Source of the DNA: Tubiluchus corallicola
Lineage: Eukaryota > Animalia > Priapulida
DNA length: 64,000 bases
Assembly: GCA_030141605.1 (NCBI GenBank)
Contig: JAQGDQ010000025.1
Location: 292,907-356,906 of the forward strand
Reading direction: 5' to 3'
Shown: positions 23,097 to 35,963 of the stretch, in pieces
Position numbering within the stretch: the first letter of the stretch is position 1
Layout: the number at the start of each line of letters is the position of its first letter
Program-made: the position numbers and the translations under genes
The notes under the pieces: model-generated
Database searches by the model: none
What the model was told of the DNA's origin: nothing
The model's input: the letters and a program-made list of their open reading frames with translations, nothing else

Positions 23097-23482
23097 TGTA
23101 CTGCAGGGCTGTGATGAGATAGTGTAATACTGGCAGGAGAATACAGCAGACTTCTCAGGTGTGCGTGTGAACGTGGCTTTAACTAGCACATAGACGCTTA
23201 TTCTGACCTTGTGTTAGTGGGAGCCACTAGTCACGTGCACACCTGAGCTTATAAAAAGGGTAGGTCTGCTGTAGATCCTTGTCAGTGGTCAGTGGTTGCT
23301 TCATCTCATCCCAGCTCTGTTCGCACGTCTCCATTCGGTAAGCCATTTGAAACTTTTCTTTTTCTGATAATAAATCGTCATTTTTATTTTATTCATTTTC
23401 GTTTTTTGTCTTGGAGTCATGCCGCACAGTGTAGGCCGCGGTGCCATCCGTTCTGCCTCCACTAAAAGTGGAGAGCAGTCCA
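23097..23482 (+). repeat. 3' LTR
   Basis: Identical to the 5' LTR; preceded by the PPT and followed by the TSD. Confidence 0.97.
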
Positions 23483-24130
23483 ATATGAAGCGAACTGTGC
23501 CTACAAGTTTTAACACAATTATATGCAAGAGTGAACAATATTTTAAAAATGGTTTCATCTAAGGTATGTGTTCATACTAATGTACTGTTGCTCTTAATAA
23601 GCTATTTATGTTTCCATTTGGATCACTTAACATGTGATGCAGTATTTAGCACCCAATGCAGTTCTGCATTTGAATCCCACTTAGTTTTTTACGCCACATT
23701 CCACTTGAATAGGACTCTCTAACCTTTTTTCTGTATCTCCTTAGCCTCGTTTGAATACCTGATTATGAACTAACTGCTACTATGAGTGCCATGGTTACAG
23801 ATGCAAATGCTGTACCATGTATCATTACGCAGTTAGGCGTAAGATAATTGTGTTTCTTCTTCTTCTAACATGTTCAACGTATGACACATTTTCCTCTACT
23901 TTTCATTTCAGTGAGCTCTTGCCATAGTCATTTTAGCCACAGTACATATAATGCCATATCAACATATAAAGGAAAAATAATACCTCACTTAAGTAAACAA
24001 GATATTGTAATGTCATTGACCTTTATAATAAATTTGGTAACTACTTGTTCGAGGTCAACTCTCAGACTGAATTCGTTCTTTTGTCTTTAATTGAATCATG
24101 GGTAATTTACCAACTTCAATAGAGTGTTTC

Positions 24131-24133
<3 letters not shown>

Positions 24134-24166
<33 letters not shown>
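24134..24166. repeat. (TA)n microsatellite
   Basis: Seen directly. Confidence 0.95.
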
Positions 24167-24169
<3 letters not shown>

Positions 24170-26417
24170 TATATATGTGAGCATGCATTGTGTTAATTTG
24201 AATTTGACTATGGCACTGGAAATGGATTCTGTTATTAAAAGTTATCGAATATACAAACGACTTTCCATGACATTTGAGTGAAACTGCTAACTTATACTCC
24301 AAAGTATACTTTTTTCTGAAATAAATTCATTTTCTTTTATGTTACGTTGAAAAAACGTTGACCTTGATATGAAAATGAGCTCTGATATCTTTTTAACAAC
24401 ATAATACATTTAATACATGCACATACCTTTTCTCAAAATTTGAGTGTTGTAGTACCAAGAAGGGGTTGATTTGAGTCACCTTTATACACATTTTTCTTGA
24501 AATAATATCGATTGACCTTCAAATGTCCTTAAACGCTTTTTGAAAAAATTACGCCCACTTTTTTTGAAACAGCAGACCCAAAAAAATCTCATAACCACTT
24601 AGTGACAAAAATTAACATGAGATTCTTGACATTTGTTGCTGGACTAATTCCTAAAAACTGGTTTTTCTAGCTTACATAATATACTGATAACAAAAACATT
24701 TTAATATTATTTTCGGATTTCCGTTTCACTTTGATGCGACTATTGATCACTTATCTGTTAATTACAGTAAGTTTTCTTTGTGCAAAGCTTGCTTTTTGGT
24801 TCCTGTCCAATGAAGCCTAAGTTCCACTGCACAAGTGTAGTTACCAACTGCTATTTTTATGTCATGGAGCGCTTGCGCGACCTTGAGCTGTAGAGTCGTT
24901 AAAAACACTTATGTGATGGTGAACTACGACTTCCGGCAGCCAAAACTATGCAGCTACACTTCGTTTCGACTTTGTTGCAAGTACTGTCAGTGGTGTGGCG
25001 TGTTTTTTGAAAGCAGTTAAATGTCTCAGTAGTGCCTTTAATTTGTGAAAATGTGTGAACTTACAGCATAGTTATTGTGGGTATAAATTTAGGGAGTATG
25101 TATGAACTGCAGTTAGTGCCTAGTGTCTGATGGACAAGGTCGTGTTAGAGTGCAAACATTTGTAAGATGGTTAAATATATTTTCTGTTCACGAAAATGAG
25201 TTTAGTGTCTTCACTAAATTATAAATTGAACATTGTACAGTAATTTTTAGGTTCCGCGCAGACATGCAATTTTCAGTTGTGCAATTAAAAATTACAGAAT
25301 CTGTTAATATCTGAAGTCAATGAGAGCGCACAGACATATGCAAAAAGTGCAATTAAAAATTACATTCTGGGCTCAAACTTTTAGTTGCGCAATTGTTTTG
25401 TAATGTTCTGTTTTCAATGAGAGCGCGAACACATTCAGTTTTTAGTTGTACAACTTTTAATCAAAAACACATAAGAAACTGTCTTATGTGTGGTGCTATT
25501 AAAGTGTCTTATGAAGCGGTGCTATTAACCATACAAAAGAGAGAAAATAAAAACAAATCAATCGAGACAACCCACTATTAGGCCTTCCATCTCTACTACT
25601 ATCTTTCAAGAAATTCAGTGACAAATTCAGAAACTGGAAATTAGAATACGGAGTATTGCGAACACTTCTATTGCTGCTGCTGATTATATTAGACGGTATA
25701 ATGTACTTGCATCAAACAGAAGATTTACATCCTCCCCTATATTAGAAGAATAACTTAAAGAACTGTAAATTGTGTGAATTATAAAGTGCATATTGTATAT
25801 TTAGCCATTGCACATTAGCTTGTATCGTTCCGTAACAATTACATTTGTATTATGGATATTTTTAAATTAGCAGTTTTCTCTGTTTCCTGTATTATAACTG
25901 ATATATAACAAATTACAAAATGTATAAGTAAAGTGCGTATACAATAAACTGGTTATTTCATTCGTTATTCCATTGATCATTTTTATACAGTTTTTGTGCG
26001 CAAGGGAAAGTGTGCCTAATTACAGCTGCCACACGAGTTTAGATTTTTGCACAGATAGAACTAGTTAAAACGACTGTGCAAACTCACGCAGAAAAATAAC
26101 GTAATATCAACAGGCTTAACCATGATGTAGTAGAGTCACTGAGAGAATGTCTCCTCTACTGGAAAGGTTTTTCTCCTGCAAGTGTTCCTATAGGCGAAGA
26201 ATAGTCCAGTAACACTCAACTGCATCAAAACTATTTGGACTCATCCGATAACAACTAAAGAATTTCCTCGCGTTATAAGCCCGTAAATCGTTATAGAATT
26301 TGTAAAAATTGCCCTTTCAAAAATCGCTGGCTAGTTATATGGTGGGTCCAATATTTCCGGCGTCTCTTTGTGAATTGATAATGCACAAATACAAGCAACG
26401 TCTTCTTACTGAATGTA

Positions 26418-26715
26418 TGAAAATTTGGTACAGGTAAAATTTGCATGAGGGAAGTTTGATACTGGCAAAATTTGGTACTAGGAATTTTTCGTACGCGGTA
26501 TTTATGGTACAATTTGGAACTATCATCTTTAGGTACAAAGAATAATTGGTACTAGAAAAATTGGTACAGGGAATGTTTGGTACGAGGAATAATAGTACCG
26601 GGATTGTTTAGTACTAAAATATTAGTGAAAGGAGATTTTGGTACTAGGAATATATGGCACCAGGGTATTTCGTACTAGCTAGTAAAGTTTGGTGCTGGAA
26701 AATTTGGTACAAATG
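26418..26715. repeat. Degenerate ~16-20-bp tandem array with an AAATTTGGTAC core
   Basis: More than 12 imperfect (T)GGTAC-containing units. Confidence 0.75.
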
Positions 26716-27585
26716 AAAAATGAGAGCATTCCTATATCTCAGTACAAAATAATTGTTTCAACTGAAAGATAGGAAATTTTGAGCTAGGAAAGTCTGGTTT
26801 ATTAAACAATTCATAAAACATAACCATTATACGTTTGTTTCTAAAATTTTAGGTGTCTAAACTACCTGTCCCACTCATGTAGGCACATTTGAGAATCTTT
26901 CAGCATAATCTGAAAGATCTCTAACTCACCATGCAAATTTTCGAAAAATTCGGTCAATTTGTTTTTTTCGGGAACAATGATCACTTTTCTTTTTTTTGCA
27001 AAACTTTTTTTTATCAAACTGAGATAAGCACAGGGCAGTGATAGCTGATGATATCACTCGCAAAAACGTCCGACACAAGCATAGTTTGGTTTCCCGCGAG
27101 GCCCTAGTATTGACTGAGAACCGTTCTTCTTGATGTTTCTACAAATGCTGTTGCTGGCAATGGCGATGGTGATGGCGTAACGCTGTCACTGTCGGCAACA
27201 GTGACAGTTGCAGAGATGGCGTGTCATCATCAACATCATCGTTGTCACCATCATTGCAATTGCCACTGTTTCTCGTTCATATATTGTGGCTGTTGCATCT
27301 GATTTTGCTCTTGCTTCTGTTAACATGCAGATGATGATGATGATGACGACGACCATGATTATAATGATGGTGATAATGACGATGACGATAATGAAGACAC
27401 CAAAAGCAGCAAGTAAGAACTAACATACAACAAGAAAAACAACTACATCAGCGACAACAACAACAACCTGGTTTGGTACAGTGGTAAAAAGTTTGGCACG
27501 TTATAGTAATTTTTTTAATTTTTCAGTTCTTCGGCCTATACCTCACAATCGATTACGTAGTAACTAATTATCATTTTACGAGAGA

Positions 27586-27673
27586 AATAGCTGAGCGATC
27601 TTGGTGCGTGCTCAGCGACCAAAGAAATATAATAATGTCACTGACACTGGTCGGTAACTGGATGGGTGATTAC
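27586..27673 (+). mobile_element. SINE-like head with a tRNA A-box-like start and 5S box-C-like motif, copy 1
   Basis: AATAGCTGAGCGATC...GGTCGGTAACTGGATGGGTGAT; a related inverted copy lies at 35891..35963. Confidence 0.45.
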
Positions 27674-28056
27674 TGGCTTCGATATTCATTCGGGGCAGTT
27701 TCGTTCGCTGTAGAGACGTAATTATAAGAAAAGCTGTTTATTGTTTTAAAAATCGACTGAAATCAATCTAATAATATTTTAGGGCAATGTATTTTATATT
27801 CTGATATTAGTATGACTTCTATTTTTAGCAAATAGAGACCAGTTTTATGCATAATTATATCATAATTTTTTAACCCTGTCTCTAAACAGGCAAACACAGC
27901 CAAGTTATGATCTTTGACTTTAAAATTTAACTTATTTATGGGAAATTTGTTTATTTAAGCATTAAGTGCAAATGGTGTGTCATAGGAATTTATTATTGCC
28001 TGTATTACTTTCAGTTAACCTATAATGTTTATGTTATTAACCTGCACAATCAGTAA

Positions 28057-28149
28057 ATAGATAAATAATATATAATTTCCAAACGATAGATAATAAATAA
28101 TATATAATGTCCAAACGATAGATAATAAATAATATATAATGTCCAAACA
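28057..28149. repeat. 32-bp tandem repeat, about 3 copies
   Basis: Unit AGATAATAAATAATATATAATGTCCAAACGAT. Confidence 0.9.
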
Positions 28150-28334
28150 ATAATCATTATTATGCCATAGACACTGTCTCCAGGTGAGTGTATATAATTG
28201 TTTGTTTTAATATGAAGGTCTGGCTATGGTTTTGCACAACCAATAATATACAACTTCCTAGCTGTTGAGAAGGGCAGTAACATTTCAGTTTTTAACAGCT
28301 ATCTTGAATTTCAGTTTTTACAGATCAGTGTAGA

Positions 28335-28566
28335 ATGCATTCAAGGAAACCTGTTTGGAAGTGTGCTGTCTTTGCTGGACTCGTACTGCTTTGGCTTATT
28401 TTCTACTTTAACACGTTTTTTCGCGCTGGCAGAGTCCCGCGAGAGACAAAAATTTCTACAGGATCCTCACTATTAGAGCTAGGAAAAACAGAAACGATTA
28501 ATACCACAAGTACACATAGAGCCAGAGCTACAAAGATTAGTAAGCCTACAACAGTTACTGAGAAGG
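28335..28566 (+). CDS. Sulfotransferase coding exon A (transmembrane anchor and stem)
   Basis: Basic N-terminus, hydrophobic helix and mucin-like stem; canonical donor at 28567 in phase with the catalytic exon. Confidence 0.75.
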
Positions 28567-31500
28567 GTAAGTCAGGGAGTATTGTTGCTTCACTTGTTTT
28601 TGTTGTTTGCTGCAGCAGTATTTTTACGCGAGTTTGGCACTTGTCTATTATGCTTTTTTACACTTGGCTGTAGGATGTCGGTGCAGCAGCTGTATCGCAG
28701 TACTACAATAGACAAACTAGGCATTTGCGTAGGGCACCAAATTTTGGTAGGCGCCATATTCTGAATGTAATTCCTTAATTTTGAAGTTTAGCCTAAGTAA
28801 TAGCATAGCGTATGTGTAATTTCTTGAGTGCACAACATTAATTAAATGAAATGAACTAATTGCGTTATTTTCCTGTCAAAATGTATGATTCATCGATGCC
28901 AGCAAGTGTCTTCCCGTAGCAAAAGACTTTCTCTGACTCGTTGCACTGCTTTTGCTCGCAGTTTCTGTGTTAGTGCTTATAGAATGACCCTTCCGTTAAT
29001 AAAAAAATCTTACAATAGCATTTGTCTAACTATGGCGGATAAACATATAAGAATTGAAATCTTCAGGAAATACAGGAAACGAAAGATAAAAAAGGTGGCA
29101 AATCATATAAGACTACAAATGGGGTCATGAATCCAATTTCAAATTCAAGCAGTACAAGTTACAGATAGACAATTAACTACAGTTTATTAGTACACTACAA
29201 TACATGTATAAGCCTAACATGCAGGCACCATTTTACTTTACATTAAACAAGAAAAAAAATCAACATTGGGGGCAAAGTAGGAACAGCGTGGAAGGGATTG
29301 ACCATTGAGGAGGGAGTGTTAAAATGCTTTTGCTAGGGCGTCAATCTGTCTGGAGCCGACCTTTCCCGAAAGGCGATCCTTGTAGGCCAATATTCAGAGA
29401 AGCCAAGTTTACAACAAGCGAAAGTGTCAAGATATAAAGTTTAAATTTCAGAAATGAAAATTTTATGCAACAGCTAGCTACATATTTCAATGTTAGGCTT
29501 AGCTTGCTTAATGCACTTCTATTTTCGATGTAGTTGAAATCAGCAAAATGCTGAACTTGTCTTCAATGAAATTTGAGTTCAAATTCAATCTTAATGTTGA
29601 AAAAGCTGCAAAAATGGAATTGAAAAGTTGGTGAGTTGTCAATGGCCTCCGTTCACACAGGCCTTGAAAGTTGCGGTTAGCTGGAAATAAACTTCAAAAA
29701 AGTACTAATAATTTCGACTAGATAATGTTTTAAGTTTGTAATGATAGTGGCGCTTCTGTGTAATTTGGAAAAGATAGTCGTGAGTAATAAAATGTAGGCT
29801 ACACTTCAAATTAGTAACGTTTGTATGTAAGTGATTAAATGACAACTGCCAAAATTGACATGATTGTGAACCCATTTGTATCAAATTGAAAATTTTGGCT
29901 CGAATATAATGGGCGGCAATTATCATTATCACTTTCAGATATTTTTCTCCGTTTTACCTTTACGAACTTTAATTCAGTAAACTTGTACAGAATGAAAAAT
30001 AACTTTTTGTCTACGAGTTCAAAACGTCGGGTAGTAGTGCGGAGCAATTCATTTCACCAAAATACTGTTCCATTGATTCCTAAATCTATTGTGTGAAAAT
30101 CAATTTTGTATATATATATATATAATTTTTTTCAGATTCACGGTAAGCGACAGACTGGCCCATAGTGTACTTCTGTTCATAAATGTTGATATATTTTTGC
30201 GATGTCCTAATAGCAATCTCATATTCATTCTCATTCACATCATTTCACTAACATAATCCTACTACTTCCCATCTCCTGCACTCTCCAATATCATCCCATC
30301 ATTTTTTACCTTCCCTTTTTTGCACCCTAACACCAGCACCATTAATTGCATTATAGTCACACAAGTAATGCTTCTGACTATATTGCAAGCAACAATTTAT
30401 ATAGATATAATGAAATGTCAGTTTTATTATGAAATTAATGTAACTATGTATACCATGTTATCATAATGTAATTAATGTAATTTGCAATATTGTATTGTTG
30501 TTTAGTGTTTTCGTAATTATATATATTATTCATTTATTTCGCAACACGGTAGGTTATATAGTTTACACAATTGCAGTCTCAAATTAGTTCATCTTACACA
30601 AATTATGTTGATTAGTATATACACTTATAATTATCTATAAAAAGTCAAGTCATATAACATTTAGGTGATTAACAGACTTAGCAACATTTCTTTGATTAAA
30701 TTAAAACATTTCTTCACTACTGATTTATTATTCCTTCAATATTAAGTGTGGAAGTTTCCTGTGCATTGCACAGCCTGCATTCTTGAGGGGTATGATGGTA
30801 GACCAGAAGAGATCAGGATCAAGAGCCACAAAAACTCAAGATGGACCCACTCGTCTGGCAGATGCCACCAAGTTTACGTTTTGAATCGATAAGTGATACG
30901 TTCTTGGATTATCTTAGCCTTAACTATGTTTACCAGGACGCTCCAATCGTTTCTGTGTAGTTGAGGTCCAGTGAATTTCTAAGCTATTCAGTTTTATCTG
31001 CTCCATTCATACCTCTCGAGATTGCTGGCTATTGAGACACAGAAGGCTTCTACGCTAAGTATTGAGGGCATTATAGACTCTCAACTGACTGAGTAACACT
31101 TTGGATGCAATGAACTGTTCTGTAAGTATTACTACTCGTTGCCTGTTTACCTCCCTAGCAATGTATTGCCTTACAGACTACAAACAGGCTTCCTACAGCT
31201 GCATTGTTCTTAACGTACTCTGTTTTTTAAATCCGGGAAATCGTATTGCTCGTCGGCGCACAACACGGATGCGTACTTTTTGAGATTATCTAGTGCGTTC
31301 TTTTTTCGTTAAGTCCCCCTCCCGCCGGAGTTATTGCAACATCGACCCTAACCCATTACAGAATTTACTCAACACGTTCAATAAACTCAGTACAGAATGG
31401 TAAAATACATTAAGACCATTAAATGCACTGTGGCTTCTCAATTAATTTCAAACGGTTCAAATTTAAGTTGAGCATTGACATTATAAACGTACCACACTGT

Positions 31501-33254
31501 ATATTTAGGAAAACAGAAACGAGTTTTTCAAAGACAATGTGACAGCAACTAGACCTGTAGGAGTATGTAGCACCAGCTGATGCAGGCTGTATGACTGCAG
31601 TCATCAATCATGCGCCACTCAAAGTTGAATGACAGTTTCATTGAAATTCCATGTAAACATATACGCAGGGAAAATAAGTCACGCTACAGACAAAACGTGA
31701 TCAGTAGACCCATAGACAAATACGCAAAAAACATGATCATCGCGCTGTACATACCTATTGTTTGAACAAGAAGTCATAAATCAAACTGATGCGGCCACCG
31801 ATCTATAACAATCACTTTCTGTCGGTGCAAAATGCAGATGTAAGACATTAGTACTAGTTCTCTTTCGATGGTCATCCAAGTGCCAGTGTAAACTCCTGTC
31901 AGCACCTATAGATTCTTACGCCCCGGGCAGAGAACCCCTGATGGTGCCACGTTAAGAACAGACGTCAGACATCTATATAAATTATAGACACCTCCTCTTA
32001 TATGCAAATTTTACTTGTGGTCCTCAAAAAAAGTCGATCTAATCGGCTGCTTATTTTGCTTATTTATTTACAGTTGCCGCAGTAATAAAATGTACATGAA
32101 GACCATTTCATAACCTTGCCAGTTTGAGCTGTATCAGATCGAACTTATCAATCACTGGCAGAAATTTTGATTTCTTTTCGATTATAGCACTGTTATTTAC
32201 GCTCCGTTCTGTTTGTTTTTCAGTAAAAACGAAGCGCAAAGCTGTTGTCATAGTTACACGTGGCAGAAGTGGCTCATCTATGACAGGGGAAATGTTTGAC
32301 AAGCACCCGAATGTTTTTTATATCTATGAACCGCTGCACGCGCTCTTTGAATTCATCAACATAACCAAGCAGCGTCACGTGCTCACGAAAGAGTCATGGT
32401 CACAAGAACAAAAAACGAGAATAAAAAACAGGGTTGTGTCGAATGCATTAAAATGTATAGCAGACGAGTTCTATCCTAGCGCAACGTACTCGACTAAACA
32501 TAGTTCTTTGATTAAATCCTCGACAGCTGTAAAGAAATTTCTGGCTTGCCAAACTCCGCGTATTAAAAATGTCGTATGTCATCGAAACAAAACTCTACGG
32601 TTACTTTCCTTCCTACAAAATAAAGATCATTTGTATCCACAGTTGTGCAAGCCGCATTTGTATTCTGTTGCTAAAGTTGTAAGGATGAAAGTTGATGAGG
32701 CTGCGACATTGCTGGAAAGTGGTGAGAATGATGATGATGATGGTGGTCATGACAACGACGGTGTTCTAGATATTAAACTTGTGCATTTAGTACGCGATCC
32801 ACGTGGAATTCTCAGATCTAGATATTCGTATAAATTTAATAAAAGAAACACTTCGATGGTGGCTTACGATTCGAAAGTAATGTGTGACGATCTTTACAAA
32901 GACGCAATAGATGGCGCTGAGCTGAAAGAAAAATTTCCTGACAAGTACATGCTTCTTCGCTATGAAGATTTGGCTGCTACGCCCACAAAAATGGCAGAAG
33001 AAATGTTCAACTTTGTAGGCATTCCTATGCATAAAGATGTTATGACCTGGATTTATGAAAATACTGGCTATGGTAATAAAAGGCGTGGTAGAGTTAATAA
33101 GAAAGAAACACCTTATTTCCACTGGAGAAAAAACTCTTCACTCACGTCAGTCAAATGGAAGAAAGACATTCCAGAAAAATATGTCAGAACAATTGAAAGA
33201 ACTTGTTTCAAAGTGTTACAACTATTAAAATACGATTTTTTATATGAAAATTAG
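28335..33254 (+). CDS. Golgi carbohydrate (Gal/GlcNAc 6-O) sulfotransferase, CHST1/3/4-like; join(28335..28566,32224..33254)
   Basis: Exon A gives the type II membrane anchor (CAVFAGLVLLWLIFYF) and Thr-rich stem, with donor G|GTAAGT in phase 1. Exon B has acceptor TTTTTCAG| in phase 1, 5'-PSB TRGRSGSS, FYIYEPL, 3'-PB VHLVRDPRGILRSR, RYEDL and the C-terminal W...C motif. Confidence 0.9.
30760..31650 (-). mobile_element. Highly decayed LINE (L2/CR1-like) RT remnant in the sulfotransferase intron
   Basis: Broken minus-strand traces in the expected order: DD-like, MLNLN..LK, IERVE, KYASVL; many stops and frameshifts. Confidence 0.35.
32224..33254 (+). CDS. Sulfotransferase catalytic exon
   Basis: Both PAPS-binding motifs (RSGSS and RDPR...S) lie in ORF 32124..33254. 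Confidence 0.95.
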
Positions 33255-34086
33255 GCGCTCTGATTATTCTATTATAAAATAACATTTATATTTTTTATAC
33301 TTTTGCCTTTACCGCTTCATCAAGTAACACCAAAGCAAACCCCAATTAATCGTGGACCTAATCTGTGACTTGGCGATGTTTAATAGCTAATAAGGCAGGA
33401 TTGGCGAAATATTTAAAAAGAATGTGTGCAAATGCAGCAGCATAATTCTTTCTACGTATTTCTATACACAGTTATTGTATCGTACGTTGCATGTTTTGAT
33501 ATGATTGTTTATTTATTACACTGACTTTTTATTTATTAGACATTTGCATGATCGTTTATTTAGCAGACAACTGCTGTCACAACTTACGGACAGAAAAAAT
33601 GTGTTTCTGTATTTGCTCTTAGCTTTTGAACGATAAAAGTCAACATTTAGACTAATTTTGTATTCAGCTATGTCAGAACGCAGTTTGCAGAAAACGTTGA
33701 CAGATGGCTCTGGCAGGTTATTGTGGAATTAGACTGAGTGTATTTTTGAGAAATATCTGTCAGTAAGCATCATACACGCATTCAACGATGTTTAATAACT
33801 AAGACATAAGCTGATTTTTTCATTTCATAATAGTTTTAGGCGTAACACTAAATGCGCTTGTACCATTTAGAGCCGTGAATATTTGCATCTATGACTATAT
33901 GAGCACATCTACGACCAGTTTGTATATGAGCTATATCAATGAAAATTTTGGTACAGTAATAAATTGAACTAAATTTTGCAGATCAACTAAACATTTAGAT
34001 AACCATATGTCGAAAATAAATTTTTTTTTATAATATTTACAAAGACCTCACATAAATATTTCCTTAAAATGTGGGGATGTCAGAAA

Positions 34087-34102
34087 CAGTGCCACCTGCT
34101 CG
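34087..34102 (-). promoter_or_regulatory. CTCF-like motif
   Basis: The reverse complement CGAGCAGGTGGCACTG is close to the CTCF consensus. Confidence 0.4.
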
Positions 34103-35368
34103 CAAGTTTAGTCTCTTTTTTGGCTTACAAGGTCACAGCGCATATAGTATGGTTAAAAAAGCTAAGATTATTTAAGGGCTTAAGGTAGGAGCCATGATGT
34201 CAAAATCAGAGATGCCCTCTGTCTCGCATAGTAAACCACGCTGGACGAGGCACTTTCAAATTACATGGTCACGAGCACCGTGTAAATTGGTCAGACAAAT
34301 GAGTGTAACAATCTTCTTGACGTGAGCAATGGGCCAGGCTATGTCAGGTCAAATGCAGTCATACTCGAGGATTTGGATCTGAATTCCTTCAGTCTTGTGA
34401 CTCTCGTCATTAATAGAGTTGATGATTTGTTTTACGATCAAGTAACTTGAATTACTTGTATTTTACTCTTTGGCGCATTGCAACATTAATCCAACATGTA
34501 GTGATATCTACTTAATGTAGATGATTGTGGTCGGAGCGGCAATTAGCTCATTACTCTGAGATAGATGCTGAACAGGCAAAAGTGCCAACAAAAGAAATTG
34601 CTTGAATCACTCCGACTCGACATGTAATATGAAATCACACAATATTGAAAATGAATAGTTGTACATTTAACTTTTAAAGAAAGGCGTTCACTACATTTAC
34701 TTCACCGTTGTTAAAACAATTGTGCGAGTCTAGTACAGACTACGTTACCCTAAACTACGCCTAGCTGTTTTGTCGGCACTTGAGTAGTAGCAAATAAGAT
34801 ATTATAGTCCATTTTCTCAGCAAATGCGATTGAGCACTTTGGCAGTAAGCAGGAAATGGTGGCAAATCTAATTTGGATTCCTGATCTGTATAGTCTTTAG
34901 ATTTTCTATTATCTTGACACAGCACACTTGTGATGTATCAGTCCGCTTTTAATGCATAAGCGTTGTCAGATCGCATTACAGCTCGTTTTGCGTGGATGCA
35001 GGGTAGAAATTAGACGTTTTGCTTCGTCTTATGAAATTTTAATGTGCAAAAGTGCGCCCGGGGAATATGGGAAATCTTTATATGCAGCTTATCTGTGTGC
35101 GATGGTTAAATGTTAGCAATTTCGTTTTAAATACATCTCGTAGCTTTTAACTTTGTCATTGTAAGTGAAGCTGGCATTTTTAGCAGCGAAGTAGAGTGCT
35201 TTAGTGACTGCAGGCGATGGAAATTATCATGCGCACTGGTTGTGCGCATGCGCCATGGAAAGTGGCAAATGCCTGACTTTGTAAATGTTGCAGTAAATTC
35301 TAAATTCCTCTCAAAGTGAACAAATGAGAAATAAAACGCAATTAATTTCCATGCTCACTGAGTCACCG

Positions 35369-35830
35369 TTAAAGGGCAAGGAAAGTACATACCAAAAAAA
35401 ACTTTCCATACAAAGTTACTCTTACCTGTTTGAAAGACTTATTTAATTGGAAAAGAAAATTCTTAATAATTTAAAATGTGTGTGCCAAATCATACCCCAG
35501 TGTGCATAACTGGCTCACCAGAAAAACATTATCAATCTTATTGACATTAGCCCAGTAATCTATACTTTTGTTTAGATAACGAAGAGGAAGAAGTCTGATT
35601 GTTTCTTTGAGCTTTACGCAATGTTGTCAAAAACTTGTTTCAAATGTTTTAACGTTAAAATGGCTGCGCTTAACGGTCATCGGGAGAGGTGTTTAACTTT
35701 TCAATTTTTATACAACGTTGCTGCTAACGCAAGTGCTGTGAGAGCAATAAGACAGCACACAAGTGATACGTAAATTTCTTAGCTTTATTTATGAAGAGTG
35801 TTTTTTGTGCTTTAAGTGAGTTTTCTTATG
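35369..35830 (+). mobile_element. Dispersed DNA-element family, copy 2 (related to 11190..11670)
   Basis: Starts TTAAAGGGCAAGG and shares the blocks ACTTTCCATACA, TTACCTGTTTGAAAGACTT and GAAGAGTGTTTTTTGTGCTTTAAGTGA with copy 1. Confidence 0.6.
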
Positions 35831-35890
35831 GATGCAGCATTAGAGTCAATTTTAAAAACTATAAGAAACCACAAAAAAGCAGTTTTCTTG

Positions 35891-35963
35891 GTAGTCACCC
35901 GTCCGTGCAGGCTTCATATGGCTTAAGTTTGATCACTAAGTACACCGGGACCACTCAGCTATT
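35891..35963 (-). mobile_element. SINE-like head, copy 2
   Basis: Reverse complement AATAGCTGAGTGGTCCCGGTGTACTTAGTGATCAAACTTAAGCC...GGACGGGTGACTAC aligns with 27586..27673. Confidence 0.45.

Larger units (their letters stand above)
19594..23482 (+). mobile_element. Non-autonomous Gypsy-type LTR retrotransposon (3,889 bp), recent insertion
   Basis: Two identical 386-bp TG...CA LTRs, ATAT TSD (19590..19593 and 23483..23486), tRNA-Leu PBS at 19981, PPT GGAGGAAGGGGGA at 23081..23093; no protease/RT/RNaseH/integrase core motifs. Confidence 0.95.

Noticed and set aside
24209-24870. miR-183-like (TATGGCACTGG) and miR-281-like (TGTCATGGAG) 5' matches
   Set aside because: Short matches expected by chance, with diverging 3' halves and no clear precursor hairpins.
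32124-32223. Hydrophobic N-terminal extension of the sulfotransferase ORF as its membrane anchor
   Set aside because: It begins at a non-ATG codon and corresponds to the intron polypyrimidine tract; the exon at 28335..28566 supplies a better anchor in the correct phase.
34230-34900. Second decayed LINE RT fragment on the - strand
   Set aside because: Only faint motif-like traces; too degraded to support without a translated search.
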